DNA from: Octopus vulgaris
Lineage: Eukaryota
Direction: 5' to 3'
Length of the DNA: 64,000 bases
NCBI GenBank assembly: GCA_951406725.2
Contig: OX597831.1
Location: forward strand, 34,534,001 to 34,598,000
Numbering within the stretch: the stretch's first letter is position 1; the number at the start of each line of letters is the position of its first letter. Position numbers and translations under genes: made by a program. Below the pieces are notes generated by a model. The model saw nothing but the letters and a program-made list of their open reading frames with translations. It made no database searches and had not been told where the DNA came from. Below, piece by piece: positions 26,197 through 40,013 of the stretch.

Positions 26197-26988
26197 ACTC
26201 TTTTACTCTTTTACTTGTTTCAGTCATCCGACTGCGGCCATGCTGGAGCACCGCCTTTAGTCGAGCAAATCAACCCCGGGACTTATTCTTACAGACACAC
26301 AAACACACACACATACAAATACATATATATATATATATACATATATACGACAGGCTTCTTTCAGTTTCCGTCTACCAAATCCACTCACAAGGCATTGGTC
26401 GGCCCGGGGCTATAGCAGAAAACACTTGCCCAAGATGCCACGCAGTGGGACTGAACCCGGAACCATGTGGTTGGTTAGCAAGCTACTTACCACACAGCCA
26501 CTCCTGCGCCTATGTACCTTTTTATATATTATGTGTGTGTGTTTGTATATTTATGCATGTATGGCGCAGGAGTGGCTGTGTAGTAAGTAGCTTGCTAACC
26601 AACCACATGGTTCCGGGTTCAGTCCCACTGCGTGGCATCTTGAGCAAGTGTCTTCTGCTATAGCCTCGGGCCGACCAAAGCCTTGTGAGTGGATTTGGTA
26701 GACGGAAACTGAAAGAAGCTTGTCGTATATATGTATATGTATAGATGTATGTGTGTGTATATGTTTGTGTGTCAGTGTTTGTCCATCTAGCATTGCTTGA
26801 CAACCGATGCTGGTGTGTTTACGTCCCCGTCACTTAGCGGTTCGGCAAAAGAAACCGATAAGTGACGTATATAATAAGTACTGGGCTTACAAAGAATAAG
26901 TCCCGGAGTCGATTTGCTCGACTAAAGGCGGTGCTCCAGCATGGCCGCAGTCAAAATGACTGAAACAAGTAAAAGAGTAAAAGAGAGT
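26197..26988. mobile_element. Head-to-head pair of family C SINEs (26197-26511 -, 26563-26988 +)
   Basis: Two consensus matches in opposite orientation, ~50 bp apart. Confidence 0.85.
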
Positions 26989-27397
26989 ATGGAATGGAGT
27001 GGAATGTATATATATATAGCGCATGTATGTACGTACGTACGTATGTATGTATGTATGTATGTATGTATGTATGTATGTATGTATGTATGTATGTATGTAT
27101 GTGTATATGTATGCATTTCTGAATGTATGTATGTTATCTAATCTAATCTGTGTGTAATGTAATGTATATTTGGAGTGCATTACATTGTCTATTCAAAGAC
27201 GAGTGAGTTTGAGTCGCTCTTCGAAGTCTCTCGTCCCCGGTCGACAGGAGAGAAAATACTAAAAATTTATCTCTACTATACAGCATTGAATACTTTTCGG
27301 CTTTAATGCAATTCACAGTATTGGGAAACTAATATAATCGAGCGTCTATGTATGTTGTGAATAAATGCATAGTGTGTGTAATATGTGTGCATGTGTA

Positions 27398-27448
<51 letters not shown>

Positions 27449-27596
27449 GTGTGTGTGTGTGTACGTGTATACGTGTGTGTGAATGGGTAGGTTCTTTTAT
27501 TCTTGTACTTGTTTCAGCCGGAGACTGTGGCCATGCTGAGGCACCACTTTTGACATGTATAAGAACATGCACATGAGTATATACATATACATATAC

Positions 27597-27629
<33 letters not shown>

Positions 27630-27806
27630 AAGATGTATATGTATATATGTATATATATAAATATAGACACATGTGTGTATGTATATGTGTTTATATGCAT
27701 ATATAGATATATATATATATATATATATGTGTACATATATATGTATGTGACTTTATATATATATATATATATATATACATAGATAGATATATAGATAGAT
27801 AGATAG

Positions 27807-27841
<35 letters not shown>

Positions 27842-28339
27842 CATACACACATACATACATACATACATATATATACATATATATTTATATATATATACGT
27901 AGAGATATATATAAGTATATATGTATATATATATGCCTATATGTATGTGCATATATATATATATATATATATATGTGCGTATCCACCGAAGTGTGTATAA
28001 AAGAGAAACAGCTCTTCATCGCTGAAGCATGCTTTACTAAAATCCCGACTACAATAACGCATTAAGCAAGTATTTCCATCAAGTTATTTCAAGTAGTCCA
28101 TTAGATATGGCTGGTGATATTTAATCGGTAACATCCGAAATATCTAACCAACCCCCACCCCACCCCATCGCCGCTACCATCACACCTGACTCTCTTTATT
28201 TCCCTTTCTAGATATTAGTAGTTTTATAGTGTTGTTTTTGTTTTGACTTTTAGGTTGTTGTTGTTTTTTTTTACTGTTTATGCATATTGTATTTCAGTTT
28301 GGAAAAGATATATAGGGGTTTATTCTCATTGTTATTCAT

Positions 28340-28607
28340 AATAGTTTCATATTTTGGCACAATGAACGACCTCAGTACGCAACTGGTACATGCCTTATGG
28401 ATCCGTGAAGAGATGAAAGGTGACGTCGACCTCGGCGGAATTTGAACTCAGAACGTAGCGGCAGACGAAATACCGGTAAGTATTTTGTCTGACCCGGTAG
28501 CAATTTTACCAACCCACTGCCTTAACAATACTACTACCACTACTACTACTACTGCTACTACTACTACTACTACTAATAATAATAATAATAATAATAACGA
28601 TAATAAT

Positions 28608-28667
<60 letters not shown>

Positions 28668-28677
28668 GATAATAATG

Positions 28678-28717
<40 letters not shown>

Positions 28718-29110
28718 TAATAATAATAATAGTTTCAAATTTTGCCACAATTGCAGCAATTTTGGGGGAGGGGTTAAGTCGATTACATCGACCCCAGTGT
28801 ACAACTGGTACTTATTTTGTCGACCCTGAAAGGATGAAAGGAAAGTTGACTTTGAAAGTAGCGGCAGACGAAATACGTATTTCTTTACTACCCACAAGGG
28901 GCTAAACACAGAGAGGACAAACGAGGACAGACAAACGGATTAAGTCGATTATATCGACTCCAGTGCGTAACTAGTACTTAATTTATCGACCCCGAAAGGA
29001 TGAAAGGCAAAGTCGACCTCGGCGGAATTTGAACTCAGAACGTAGCGGCAGACGAAATACGGCTACGCATTTCGCCCAGCGTGCTAACGTTTCTGCCAGC
29101 TCACCGCCTT
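28340..29110 (-). mobile_element. Family B SINE cluster around a (TAC)/(AAT)n array at 28523-28731
   Basis: Three consensus matches, with more decayed copies continuing to ~29720. Confidence 0.85.
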
Positions 29111-30389
29111 TATAATTATAATAATTATAATGATGATGATAATGATGATGATGATGATGATGATGATGGCTTCGGAAACAAATTTAGGATTCTTTCGATC
29201 AGACATATTCAAACGTAGCTCCGTGGAAGAAAAAGAAATAAAGAAACAAACAAGCAAACAAATGAACGGAAGAAAGAATTGTTCCTAATTTTATCGAACC
29301 TTGAATGGATACAAAAAGCAAAGTTGATTGCAGTGATATTTGAACTCACAACGTTAAGATCCGAAAGGAATACTGCAAAGTATTTCCCGATGCTCTACGA
29401 ATCCTACCAACCCACCGCCCTTTGTAGAAACAAAACCAATAACGTTGAGAGTTAATCGATAGCATCAACCTCAGTGCATGACTGGCACTTCAGTTTATCG
29501 ACCCCAGAGAGATGAAAGCCAAAGGTGGCCTTTGCGAGATTTGAACTCAGCTCTTTCAAGAGTTCTATGATTGACGGAAGTTACTTTTTTTATCGGCCCC
29601 AGAAGGATGAAAAGCGGCGATGATATCAGTAGTATTTGAACTCAATGCGTAAAAAGCCGGAAAAAAGTATCGCATAGTAATTATATTCGACGCTATAACG
29701 AGTCTACCAATCAGGCGAAATTAATTGTTTCTGGTTAAAGCACAACGCTAACAATTTTGAAGGGAAGGTTTTGTTGCCAACCTCTAGAGAGGTGGCCCTA
29801 GCAGGATTTGGAATCGGAATAAAATTTTAAACATATTTGATCCCATTCTCTAACGACTCTGCAAATTCGCTAACTGAATGAGCTATAAAATTGTTCAATA
29901 GAAGATTCAAAAACGATTAATGTTGAATCTATTGACTTGTATAAGAAAAGCAGTATGGACAGCTAACTGCAACAACAACGACATCAACACCAACGTCAAA
30001 ATTCTGTCATTTATAACTTTTGCTTATTCGAATAAAGGAAACATTTTGCATTCAAAGACTTTTGGCCAATTTCACTAATTCGATTATCACTCACTAATAG
30101 TTCCTTCAAGCAATTTACCGCTTCAGTAGTTTGGAGCTCTTGAGTCTCTGTAGTTGAGATGCCAAAAATTACTTTAATGGAAAATATATCAGTAACTTCT
30201 AAAGTAGAGCCGTACGACATTTTAAGGTGAATCTCTACTCGAACCAGCTCCAGGAAAGGAAGTAGAAAGTGGCCGGGTATGTTAGAAATTTTACCAAGAA
30301 GGGGCCTCGTGGAATGTGGCATACTTCAGGGGTGGGGCTAAAAAGAGGAACCTTCATGTTTTCTTGGAAAAGGTGTTAAAATAAACTTT

Positions 30390-30848
30390 CATAGGTTGTA
30401 AGGCTAACGATGAGGTGAAGAGATATATGATATCAGGTCACAAGAATATGACCATAGACTAGAGTTATTGGCACAGACGTTGACTCTTGGGCTTTGGTCC
30501 CTTTGCTAAACACACCTGAGCACAGTTACGTGCCACATTACATAGGTCTCAGGAACATGGTGATCAAGGCGTCAGGACAATGACACGGATGTCGGCCATA
30601 GGTTGTAAGGCTAACGATGAGGTGAAGAGATGAGGTTTAGAACTGGTGAGACACTTCTGGCCACTGTCAGGTGCCATATTACGCAGGTCACAAGAATATG
30701 ACCATAGACTAGAGTTATTGGCACAGACGTTGACTCTTGGGCTTTGGTCCCTTTGCTAAACACACCTGAGCACAGTTACGTGCCACATTACATAGGTCTC
30801 AGGAACATGGTGATCAAGGCGTCAGGACAATGACACGGATGTCGGCCA
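30390..30848. repeat. Near-identical tandem duplication (units 30390-30596 and 30597-30846)
   Basis: The units are identical except that 52 bp (30632-30683) of unit 2 is replaced by 9 bp (atatgatat, 30425-30433) in unit 1. Confidence 0.95.
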
Positions 30849-31192
30849 CTAGCTTTTGATTACCTTTGCTCAACATTATTGACATATGCTTGAACATGGA
30901 GGTGACCTGCAACATGTGGACGGACGGAGTGTACATTATCATGCAGGTCCTAATGACCGCCATGATAATGGGGGTCTGTGGCTAAACTAGAAACAACGAG
31001 GACTGTGAATTGGCAGAATCAGGACAATTACAGTGACAGAAACAACACCTAGTGATATTTCGTCTGACACAGTGCATACTAACTGCAATAGAATTAAAGT
31101 AAGGTCGAGACAATTACCATGCTTTATAAAATGTTGATGGCTTTAAATACTTTAAACTTGTCCAACACCTCTGTGAAGAAAAGTGAAGAGTG

Positions 31193-31505
31193 AAGGCGGG
31201 TGGCTTAGTGGCTAGAGTATTCGGCTCACGATCGTAACGTCGTGAGTTCGATTCCTGGCGGCGCGTTATGCCTTTGAACAAGACATTTTATTTCACGTTA
31301 CTCCAGTCCACTCAGCTGGCAAAAGTGAATAGTGCCTGTTTTTCAAAGGGCCTGTCTTGTCACAGTCTCTGTCTACTAAATATCAATGAGACTTTCGTAA
31401 GTGGTATGCGTGTCTGTAGAATGCTCAACCACTAGCACATTCACTCCACGAACAGGCCGTTTGGTTAATTTGATCGACTGGAACCCTTGTCGTCGTAACC
31501 GACAG
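31193..31505 (+). mobile_element. tRNA(Arg)-derived CORE-type SINE, second tail type
   Basis: A/B boxes, CORE and tail match the reverse complement of 2988-3307. Confidence 0.75.
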
Positions 31506-32059
31506 ACAATCACTTAACTATGTGAATGCGAACTCTGTCTTCTCACTAATAAAGATTGATGTATAAGCAAATTATTTCACTAATATGTGGTGGATTACTT
31601 GATGTTTTTTTTTTTCTATTTTAGAACCACAACAATAACTTCTCTGTAGTTGTAGTAAATATAATATATTTGTCGGCTTTTAATATTTCAAATGCAATCA
31701 CCATCTTCTTTTTCTCGTCTAGTCTTGCTAATTCATTTAGTTTTCACTTGATAATATTATAACTTAAAAACTTTTTTCCTGGAATAGCTTATCGTAGTGA
31801 TATCTTTGTCTCATTTATAGCATTTACATCTGCTTAAAGTATTAATTTAATGCGTCTCTAATATTACATCCTAATCTTTTCTTTCGTCTGTGTGTGTCGT
31901 CCATTGTCTGGTTCTTTGATTCTGATGTATTTGCAAGAGTTATTAGTCCAATTCAATTACAATTGACTGTTTGTTTGTTTTTTTTACCTAAGATATCACT
32001 GTTTATTTTTGTTTTGGCTTTTTTACTTTAATGCATTTTTCTTAACCGAATTTCATGAC

Positions 32060-32650
32060 TACCAATTAGCAATTAGTGTATGTATCAGCAATACAAATCT
32101 CATGTAGATTAATCAAAGCGCAGTAAAATTCGGTAAATAAGTTTCCAGCCGAAACCAACAATAGTACATCACTTACGCAGCATCCATCAGCAAACCCCCA
32201 AATTTTCTCAACCATATTTAGTATCTTTATTATCCATGGTTTGAAAATTAGGCACGTCTTTGACAACATGCATAAACGTATTCATGATTAACGAAGATGT
32301 TGAAGATCAATAAGAATTTTCATGATCAAATGCGGTGTGAGAATGCACTAACAATAATTTACTGATTCTACTAGCACTGCTATTTTCTTGAACATGGCTG
32401 TCTATCGTTACAGGTAACTTTTCAATGTCTTTACAAAGATGGCTGTGTAGCAATCCAGTGTCTATTACTAATGGAATGATAGAAGCATTCTTTAACACAT
32501 ACCATAATATTTTCATCAAACAACTAAGATGGTGTTATTTCTTAGTTTTCCTAGTATTTGTAAATTCCGGGGTTGGCCAGTTTGTATTAACTCCTCCTTC
32601 CTGAAGGGAGAAATTCAGTGGCAATTTTTGAAATGGTTGGTTTTTGAATG
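32060..32650 (-). pseudogene. Possible highly decayed Helitron PIF1-like helicase fragment
   Basis: Minus-strand ISKIATEFLPSGR and LHSHLCKDIEKLPVTIDSHVQENSSASRISKLLL loosely resemble SSGIAATLLPGGR and SS.LW..IEKL.L..NMRV....FSELLL. The similarity is weak. Confidence 0.3.
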
Positions 32651-33194
32651 CTCAACTAGTTTCATAGATTTTTCTGATTTTCTTAAATTAGAGTGAGATG
32701 GAAAGACGTGGGGGGGGACTATGTCTTGCTTCTGACTAGAGTTCGAAAATTCGCGTATTTGTAGAGACAAAATGACTTAAATTAATATCCATTAAATGGA
32801 TACATTTTTTTTTTAATCAGTAGAGAATTATCACGTGATTAGCCTTAGAAATGTTTGCATGTTCCCAACTACGTCCGTGCGTTAGTATAATATAACAATA
32901 TTTTTTGCACTCTAAGTTTAGGCTAACATGCGTATCAGCCAAAGTGTATTCTAAACAAATATTAATTTGAGTCATGTGCTCTCTATAAAAACAAAAGAGA
33001 ATTTTCGAGCTTCAATCAAATGCAAAATAGCTGCGCCATAGCCGCACGCCTTTCTATCTCAAATTTTTGAAAATCAGAAAAATCTGTGAAACCGGTTAAG
33101 CCATTAAAAATAAAACAGATAAAAGACTGCCAGTGCGTTTTCCACTTCTTTGCTCTTATATTTTTATGCACATAGAATAAAATAACTTTCTTTC

Positions 33195-33261
<67 letters not shown>

Positions 33262-33320
33262 TAGACATATATATGCATATATATAAATATGTATATATAT
33301 ATATGTATATGTATATGTAT

Positions 33321-33385
<65 letters not shown>

Positions 33386-33473
33386 CATACACATATATAC
33401 ATATATACAACGGAGTTATTTATGAGGGATTACCAATCTGAGCAAAATACTTCATAAGTTCTCTGTTGGCACT

Positions 33474-33540
<67 letters not shown>

Positions 33541-34176
33541 GTACATATATACATATTGGGCATTGCTAGGCTGTGATTTGAGGGATTTTAGCTACTATTT
33601 GTTCTGACAGGTCGAGTAACCATGTTCAGACTTCTTTGTTCGTATTGGATCCATATCTTGTTGTATATTTATTTCCGTTTAATTGCTATAATAACTTTAC
33701 ATTTTAACTTTACATTTTAGCAAATCTAATCTAATTTCTGGCGAGAATTTCAATTCATTACTTTCCCGATTCGTGACTTATTGCTTTTAGCTTCCCATCA
33801 TACATCACAGTGACACACAACAGCGTTTTATGGGAATTATACAGTTACATACAGCTTACACTGTTTCTCTGCAATGCTCAGTAAAACCACTGCTTCTTTC
33901 CTCTTTTGAGCTGATGCAATCGTTGTAAAGTCTGACTTGCGTCAGTATATATCACGGCTCAATTAACAGATTTCTCATTTAGAGATCTATTGTGTCTAAT
34001 TTGCTAATGTTTCTCTCCAATATTAATACAAAACTGGATGCCATCGTTGGTTTAGAAATTGCATTAATGGCAGTAATAATGTTGTTACTATTCAAATTAG
34101 TTTTTCAAATCACATTAATTCGTTTTTCAAAGTACCCATTCTTCACTTCTCTTTCCACACTCTGTCTCTCTGTCTC

Positions 34177-34219
<43 letters not shown>

Positions 34220-34636
34220 TCCTCTCTCTTCCTCTCTCTTTCACTCTCTCATGCATTGCAGTCCACGAACAAATGCCTATAAAATGGAAATCCTTCGTGT
34301 TATAAATCTCTTATTTAAGTTATATCCGAGTCAGTTTATTTGTATTAACTATAAATCTTATACGCTTTCTTTGATAGCCTAATCCATGATCTTATTAAAC
34401 TAGTCTGTATTCCTCTCTTCCAGTTGTTGTTGTTGTTGTTGTTTTTTAACCACATACAAAAACGCGGAATTGATTTTAAAATTGCATACCATTTGCTTTA
34501 TACATTTTCAGATTGTCTTGAAAGAGTTGATAAATGCGTTTTGTCTTTATTCGCCATGGATGGTAATTTCAACTTTCCCGATTTATATTTATATTTTGTT
34601 TAAGCATTTCAGGGGGAACTTGGAACGAAATATATT

Positions 34637-35717
34637 CTTTTCTTTTCTACTCTAGGTACAAGGCCCGAAATTTTTTCTTGTGGGGGGGGGGGATCGATTA
34701 ATTCGACCGCGGTACGCAACTGGTACTTAATTTATCGACCCTGAAGTGATGAAAGGTAAAGTCGACCTCGGTGGAATATGAACTCAGAACGTAAAGACAA
34801 ACGAAATAAAACATTCTTTTCTACTCTCGGCACAAGGCCCTATATTTTAATTTTGGATGAGGGGCTCCAGTCGATGAGATCGACCCCAGTACGCAACTCG
34901 TACTTAATTTATCGACTCCGAAAGAGTGAAAGGCAAAGTCGACCTCGGCAGAATTTGAACTCAGAACGTAAAGACAAATGAAATAAAATATTCTTTTCGA
35001 TTCTCCTTTTTACCGTATTAAAGTTTACACCAGTGTCATCAATACTACAAAATTCTTAGAATGTCGATAGATTAGTTCGTCAGGTGTGATAGATGAAAAT
35101 TCATTGTAGAAAATATTCTTTTCTACTCTCGGCACAAGGCCTGAAATTTTGGAGGAGGGGTCCAGTCGATTAGATCGACCCTAGTACGCAACTGGTACAT
35201 AATTTATCGACCCCGAAAAGATGAAAGGCAAAGTCGGCCTCGACGGAATTTGAACTCAGAACATAAAGAAATACCGCTAAGAATTTCACCCGGCTGGCTA
35301 ACGTTTCTGCCAGCTCATCGCCTTGGCACTGATATAATATTCTTTTCTGCTCTAGGCACAAGGCTCGAAAGTTTTGGGGAGGGGGTCAGTCGATTAGATC
35401 GACCCCAGCATGCAACTGGTACTTAATTTATCGACCCCAAAAGGCGGAATTTGAACTCAGAACGTAAAGACAGGCGAAATACCTATTTCTTTACTACCCA
35501 CCAGGGTCTAAACACAGAGGGGACAATCAAGGACGGACAAACGGATTAAGTCGATTATATCGACCCCAGTGCGTAACTGGTACTTATTTAATTGACCTCA
35601 AAAGGATGAAAGACAAAATCAACCTCGGCGGAATTTGAACTCAGAACGCAGCACCGGGCGAAATACGGCTAAGCATTTCGCCCGGCGTGCTAACGTTTGT
35701 GCCAGCTCGCCGCCTTG
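34637..35717 (-). mobile_element. Head-to-tail array of five family B SINE copies or fragments
   Basis: Repeated ttcttttctactct.ggcacaaggcc...gaatttgaactcagaac. Confidence 0.85.
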
Positions 35718-35744
35718 GCACTGATATAATATTAAATAAATCAT

Positions 35745-36235
35745 AGTTGTGCGATTAAGAAGCTTGCTTTGTAACCAGATGGTTTCTGGTTCAGTCTCAC
35801 CGCAAGGCACTTTGGACGAATGTTTTCTACTATAGCCTCGGGTTAACCAATTACCTTGACAGTGAATTTGACAAGGAAACTGTGTGGAAATCCGTGATAT
35901 GTGTGTGTGTGGGAGTGTGCGTGTGCGTGTGTTTGTCTTTGTCCAGCAGTCATTATCCCTTGATAACCATTGTTGGTTTGTTTGCGTTCCCGTAACTTAG
36001 CGCTTCTATGAAAACGACTGACAAAATGAGTACAAGCTCCACACTTAGAACATAAGTAGTGGGGATTATTTGTTCGACTAAACCGTAAATTGGAGGTTTG
36101 GTTCTGTGTTAAGAAGTTTGCTTCTCAACCACATGATTCTGGGTTCAATCCCACTCCGTGGCACATTGGGCTAATGTCTTCTACTGTATCCTCGGGCCGA
36201 CCAAAGCCTTGTGAGTGGAAACTGAAAGAAGCCTG

Positions 36236-36314
<79 letters not shown>

Positions 36315-36535
36315 TGTTTGTCCTCCATCACTGCTTGACACCCGATATTGGTATGTTTACGTACCCGTAACTTAGTCGTTCTGCAAAAGAGGTCGCTATA
36401 ATAAGTACCAGGTTTAAAGGAGAGAACAAAAACAAAGAAGTTTTGGGGTCGATTCGATCGACTAAAATCTTTCAACGCAGTACCCCAGCATAGCTGCAGT
36501 CTAATGAATGAAACAAGTAAATGACAAAAGATGAA
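35745..36535 (+). mobile_element. Two diverged family C SINEs in tandem
   Basis: Two degenerate consensus matches (35745-36085 and 36090-36535). Confidence 0.65.
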
Positions 36536-36647
36536 AGAAATTTAGATAAGATCAAGAGTTATCCAACTTGTGTTAGACATATGATGGGTGACCAACTCAT
36601 CCATCTACAAACTGTACAACAGTTCTTTTGTCAATCCTAAAGCACAA

Positions 36648-37169
36648 CTACTTACTTGTACTTGTACTTGTGGCGACATTCACCCTGGGCGGGTTGAGTC
36701 GGCTTCTTCTACCATCCTCGAGGCATCTCGAACCATGGCAGCCCACGCACGATGGTCGTGCGCCAGTTCACTAGAGATAGCGAGCCAGTCACGGTTCCAC
36801 TGGCGCAGGCCGACCACCTGCGGTCCCGTGAGCACAGAGAGGTCCTCCTTGATCGTCGTAACCCAGGTCTTCAGCTGCCCGCCCGCGCGTTTCCGCCAGT
36901 TGGGAAGTGGAGTTGGGAGAAGGACATCACGGCTCAGTTCACCCACCGGACGCCTACATGCATGGCCAAACCACCGCAAGCGCCGTTGCAGAAGGACAGA
37001 TGGAAGGGGCCGCAGAGACAAGCGAAGTCGGAGATTGGCGGTGGGAACTCGATACACCCGACGGCGGCGAAGAATGCACCGGAGGCAGTCATTGTCGAAG
37101 ACTTCCAGCCTTCGTTGATCGACCATCCGCATAGGCCACGTTTCACAGCCATAGAGAAGTACTGTACGA
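36648..37169 (-). mobile_element. RTE-clade LINE, 5'-truncated 3' end
   Basis: Open frame RTVLLYGCETWP..LEVFDNDCLRCIL..RRLRWFGH..RR..GGQLKTW..DHRAW, stop at 36680, then a (ACAAGT)n/(AAGT)n tail. GC-rich relative to the host. Confidence 0.9.
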
Positions 37170-37511
37170 CAAAAATTCCACGGCTTCTAAGTCTACATTT
37201 GAAATCATTACAACGCAAGAAGCCGTCGAGAATGCATTAAAGCCTTGTATAAGAATACAATAGAAAGCTGGTTAGAGTTTCTTCTTTTTCTTTCTCTTCT
37301 TTTCTCTTTGTTTCCTCTATTTTTCATTATTTATTTTATTCATGTAAACCTTTCTCCTTGCCTATCAGCCTATTATTTTTGTTATAACAATTATTCATAA
37401 TAAGAAATAGCTATTTTAGTTATATTGACATTTCTGCTTTAAAGATCGATTTTTAAATTGCCTCCCAGCTATTTTCGCTGGCATCCAAACTCCATACATT
37501 TCCCTTGTCGC

Positions 37512-37512
<1 letters not shown>

Positions 37513-37586
<74 letters not shown>

Positions 37587-37618
37587 GTTATTATTATTAT
37601 TACTATTATTATTATTAC

Positions 37619-37691
<73 letters not shown>

Positions 37692-37719
37692 TTTGTTATT
37701 GTTATTGGTATTGTTATTA

Positions 37720-37759
<40 letters not shown>

Positions 37760-37905
37760 TACTACTACTACTACTATTATTATTATTATTATTATTATTA
37801 CTACTACTACTACTACTATTATTATTATTATTATTGTTATTTTTGTTATTGTTATTATTATTATTATTATCATTATTATTATTATTATTATTATTATCAT
37901 TATTA
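37513..37905. repeat. (ATT)n compound microsatellite
   Basis: Directly visible. Confidence 0.95.
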
Positions 37906-38009
37906 GTCATTTATTTCATCGAGTGTCGTGTTTTGATTTGCTATGTTTGTAGCTTCCATTGGGTAATTTCTTTTTCTGTATCTCGCAAACGCTTTTCTCT
38001 TTTACACAT

Positions 38010-38059
<50 letters not shown>

Positions 38060-38182
38060 TTCGTCTCTTAACCCTTTTAAGGCTGCAAAGAAAGATATTC
38101 AAGACTTTGTCTCCAGAGGTTTATCATTGCTATGTTCAGCAGAAGTAGTAGCAGCAGCAACAGCAACAGCAACAGCGGTAGC

Positions 38183-38247
<65 letters not shown>

Positions 38248-38455
38248 TAGTATGGCTTGATGAAAGGAGAAGAACAGGAATAAGGTGATGGTGTCGTGTG
38301 CTGCATTGTTCAGGTAAAAGCATCATAGAAAAGTCTATGAACATACGCGCGCGTGCGCATACAGACGTGGATTGTAGATCTGACACAACCCATATACATA
38401 TATGTGCGACTGGTATGTATATAGATATATAAAGAGCGAGAGACACACACAGACA

Positions 38456-38508
<53 letters not shown>

Positions 38509-38594
38509 GCACACACATACACCCATATGTCTGTGTGTGCTTGTGTGTGTGGATTGTATTGCTCCACAATGCATATATATGTATAATATATACT

Positions 38595-38791
38595 TCAGAA
38601 ATGTAACTGCACATGGACTATGGGCAATTTTTCCTTCTTTTTCCTTCTTTTTCTTTGGACTTCCCTGTTTCCGATGAAGAGCCATGCATGAAACGTTAAA
38701 AACAACTCTCCCCCTTCACCGAGAGTCAAATTCATATATTTCTTATGCACGTCCTAACTTTTCGTTTTTTTCCTGTTTCTTGATTGTTTAT

Positions 38792-38797
<6 letters not shown>
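38595..38797 (+). mobile_element. Short microsatellite-flanked element with minimal hammerhead-like motif
   Basis: ttt-CCGATGA-agagc-cat-gcat-GAAAC-GTT-aaa at 38668-38700. A related copy at 39470-39667 reads ttt-CCTGCGG-agagc-tat-gcgc-GAAAC-GTC-aaa. Confidence 0.5.
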
Positions 38798-38846
<49 letters not shown>

Positions 38847-39664
38847 TCTATGTGTACGTATGTATGTATGTATGCATGCATGTATGTATGTATGTATGTA
38901 TTTATGTATATATGAGTATAGATATTTATGTGTGTGTGTATACAAACATACGCACACATAAACACTCACATATGCATACACATATACACCAAGTTGGCAC
39001 AGGAAGAGTATAAGAAATGGAGGTACGACCAGGTCGTAAAAGTTTTACTATGGAAACTGTGCCAGAAATGAGGATTTGATGCCAGAAACCCGTATACATG
39101 GACGAAATGCTGTTAAGCATTTTGTCCGGCGTAGTAACGGTTCTGCCATATCTCGGCCTTATATATGCAATACTAGGTACTGACTCTCATGGCTTCTGAT
39201 CTTAACTGATTGGAAGGGTTATCATGTACATTGTTTTGTCTTGATATAAAAGATGGGCTACAGCTCAGTACCTCAGATTTACTTGTCAGTTGTTTGACCT
39301 TAACCAGTTGAGCATGTCTCTTGGTGGCTGACGAAATGTGCATCTCTGATCACGAGCAGAAGTAGTGGGGGAGCATCATAGCCATGTGTTGAGAGGAATT
39401 CTTTGGTGTTTGAATAATTCATCGCCAGAAACATGTGTGTGTGTGGATGGGTGGGTGTGCGTGTGTGTGATGTAACTACGTGTGTGCCGTTGGTGATTTC
39501 TTCTTCATCTTTGAACTTTTCCCTTTCTCCTTTCCTGCGGAGAGCTATGCGCGAAACGTCAAACTCTCTCCTTTTACCGAGCGTCAAGCTAATCCATTAC
39601 GTTCGTTTTTTTTCTTTTTTGTTCTTTTTTATTCGTTTATTTGAATTGCTTACTTATTTAAACT

Positions 39665-39721
<57 letters not shown>

Positions 39722-39725
<4 letters not shown>

Positions 39726-39955
39726 CATGTATGCGATCATAGGTCTAAACAAGAGAGACAGAGAAAGGCAGAAACAAGGAAAATGCCACTTATATTTGAA
39801 CCCTATACAAATATTCTTTTAAAAACACTTTTCTTTTAATTTTACTAAATTTAATTATTTAATAGTTGCAGTTGAAAAGGTCCCAAATGACCGAAACCGG
39901 TACTGAAATGTTCTTTATAGAATTATTTTAGCATTTTCTATCTTGACTTGTTTAT

Positions 39956-39958
<3 letters not shown>
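39722..39958 (+). mobile_element. (TA)n-flanked element with variant hammerhead motif
   Basis: cag-TTGAAAA-ggtc/gacc-GAAAC-CG-GTA-ctg at 39869-39905. Confidence 0.55.

Positions 39959-40010
<52 letters not shown>

Positions 40011-40013
<3 letters not shown>

Noticed and set aside
30390-30960. CRISPR-like repeat/spacer pattern
   Set aside because: The spacers are duplicated, the repeats are degenerate and irregular, there are no cas genes, and the context is eukaryotic.
36588-37240. Plus-strand GC-rich ORFs
   Set aside because: They are antisense shadows of the RTE ORF.
39175-39432. Coding potential (MFLAMNYSNTKEFLSTHGY...)
   Set aside because: Interrupted by stops; it looks like an unclassified interspersed repeat fragment.
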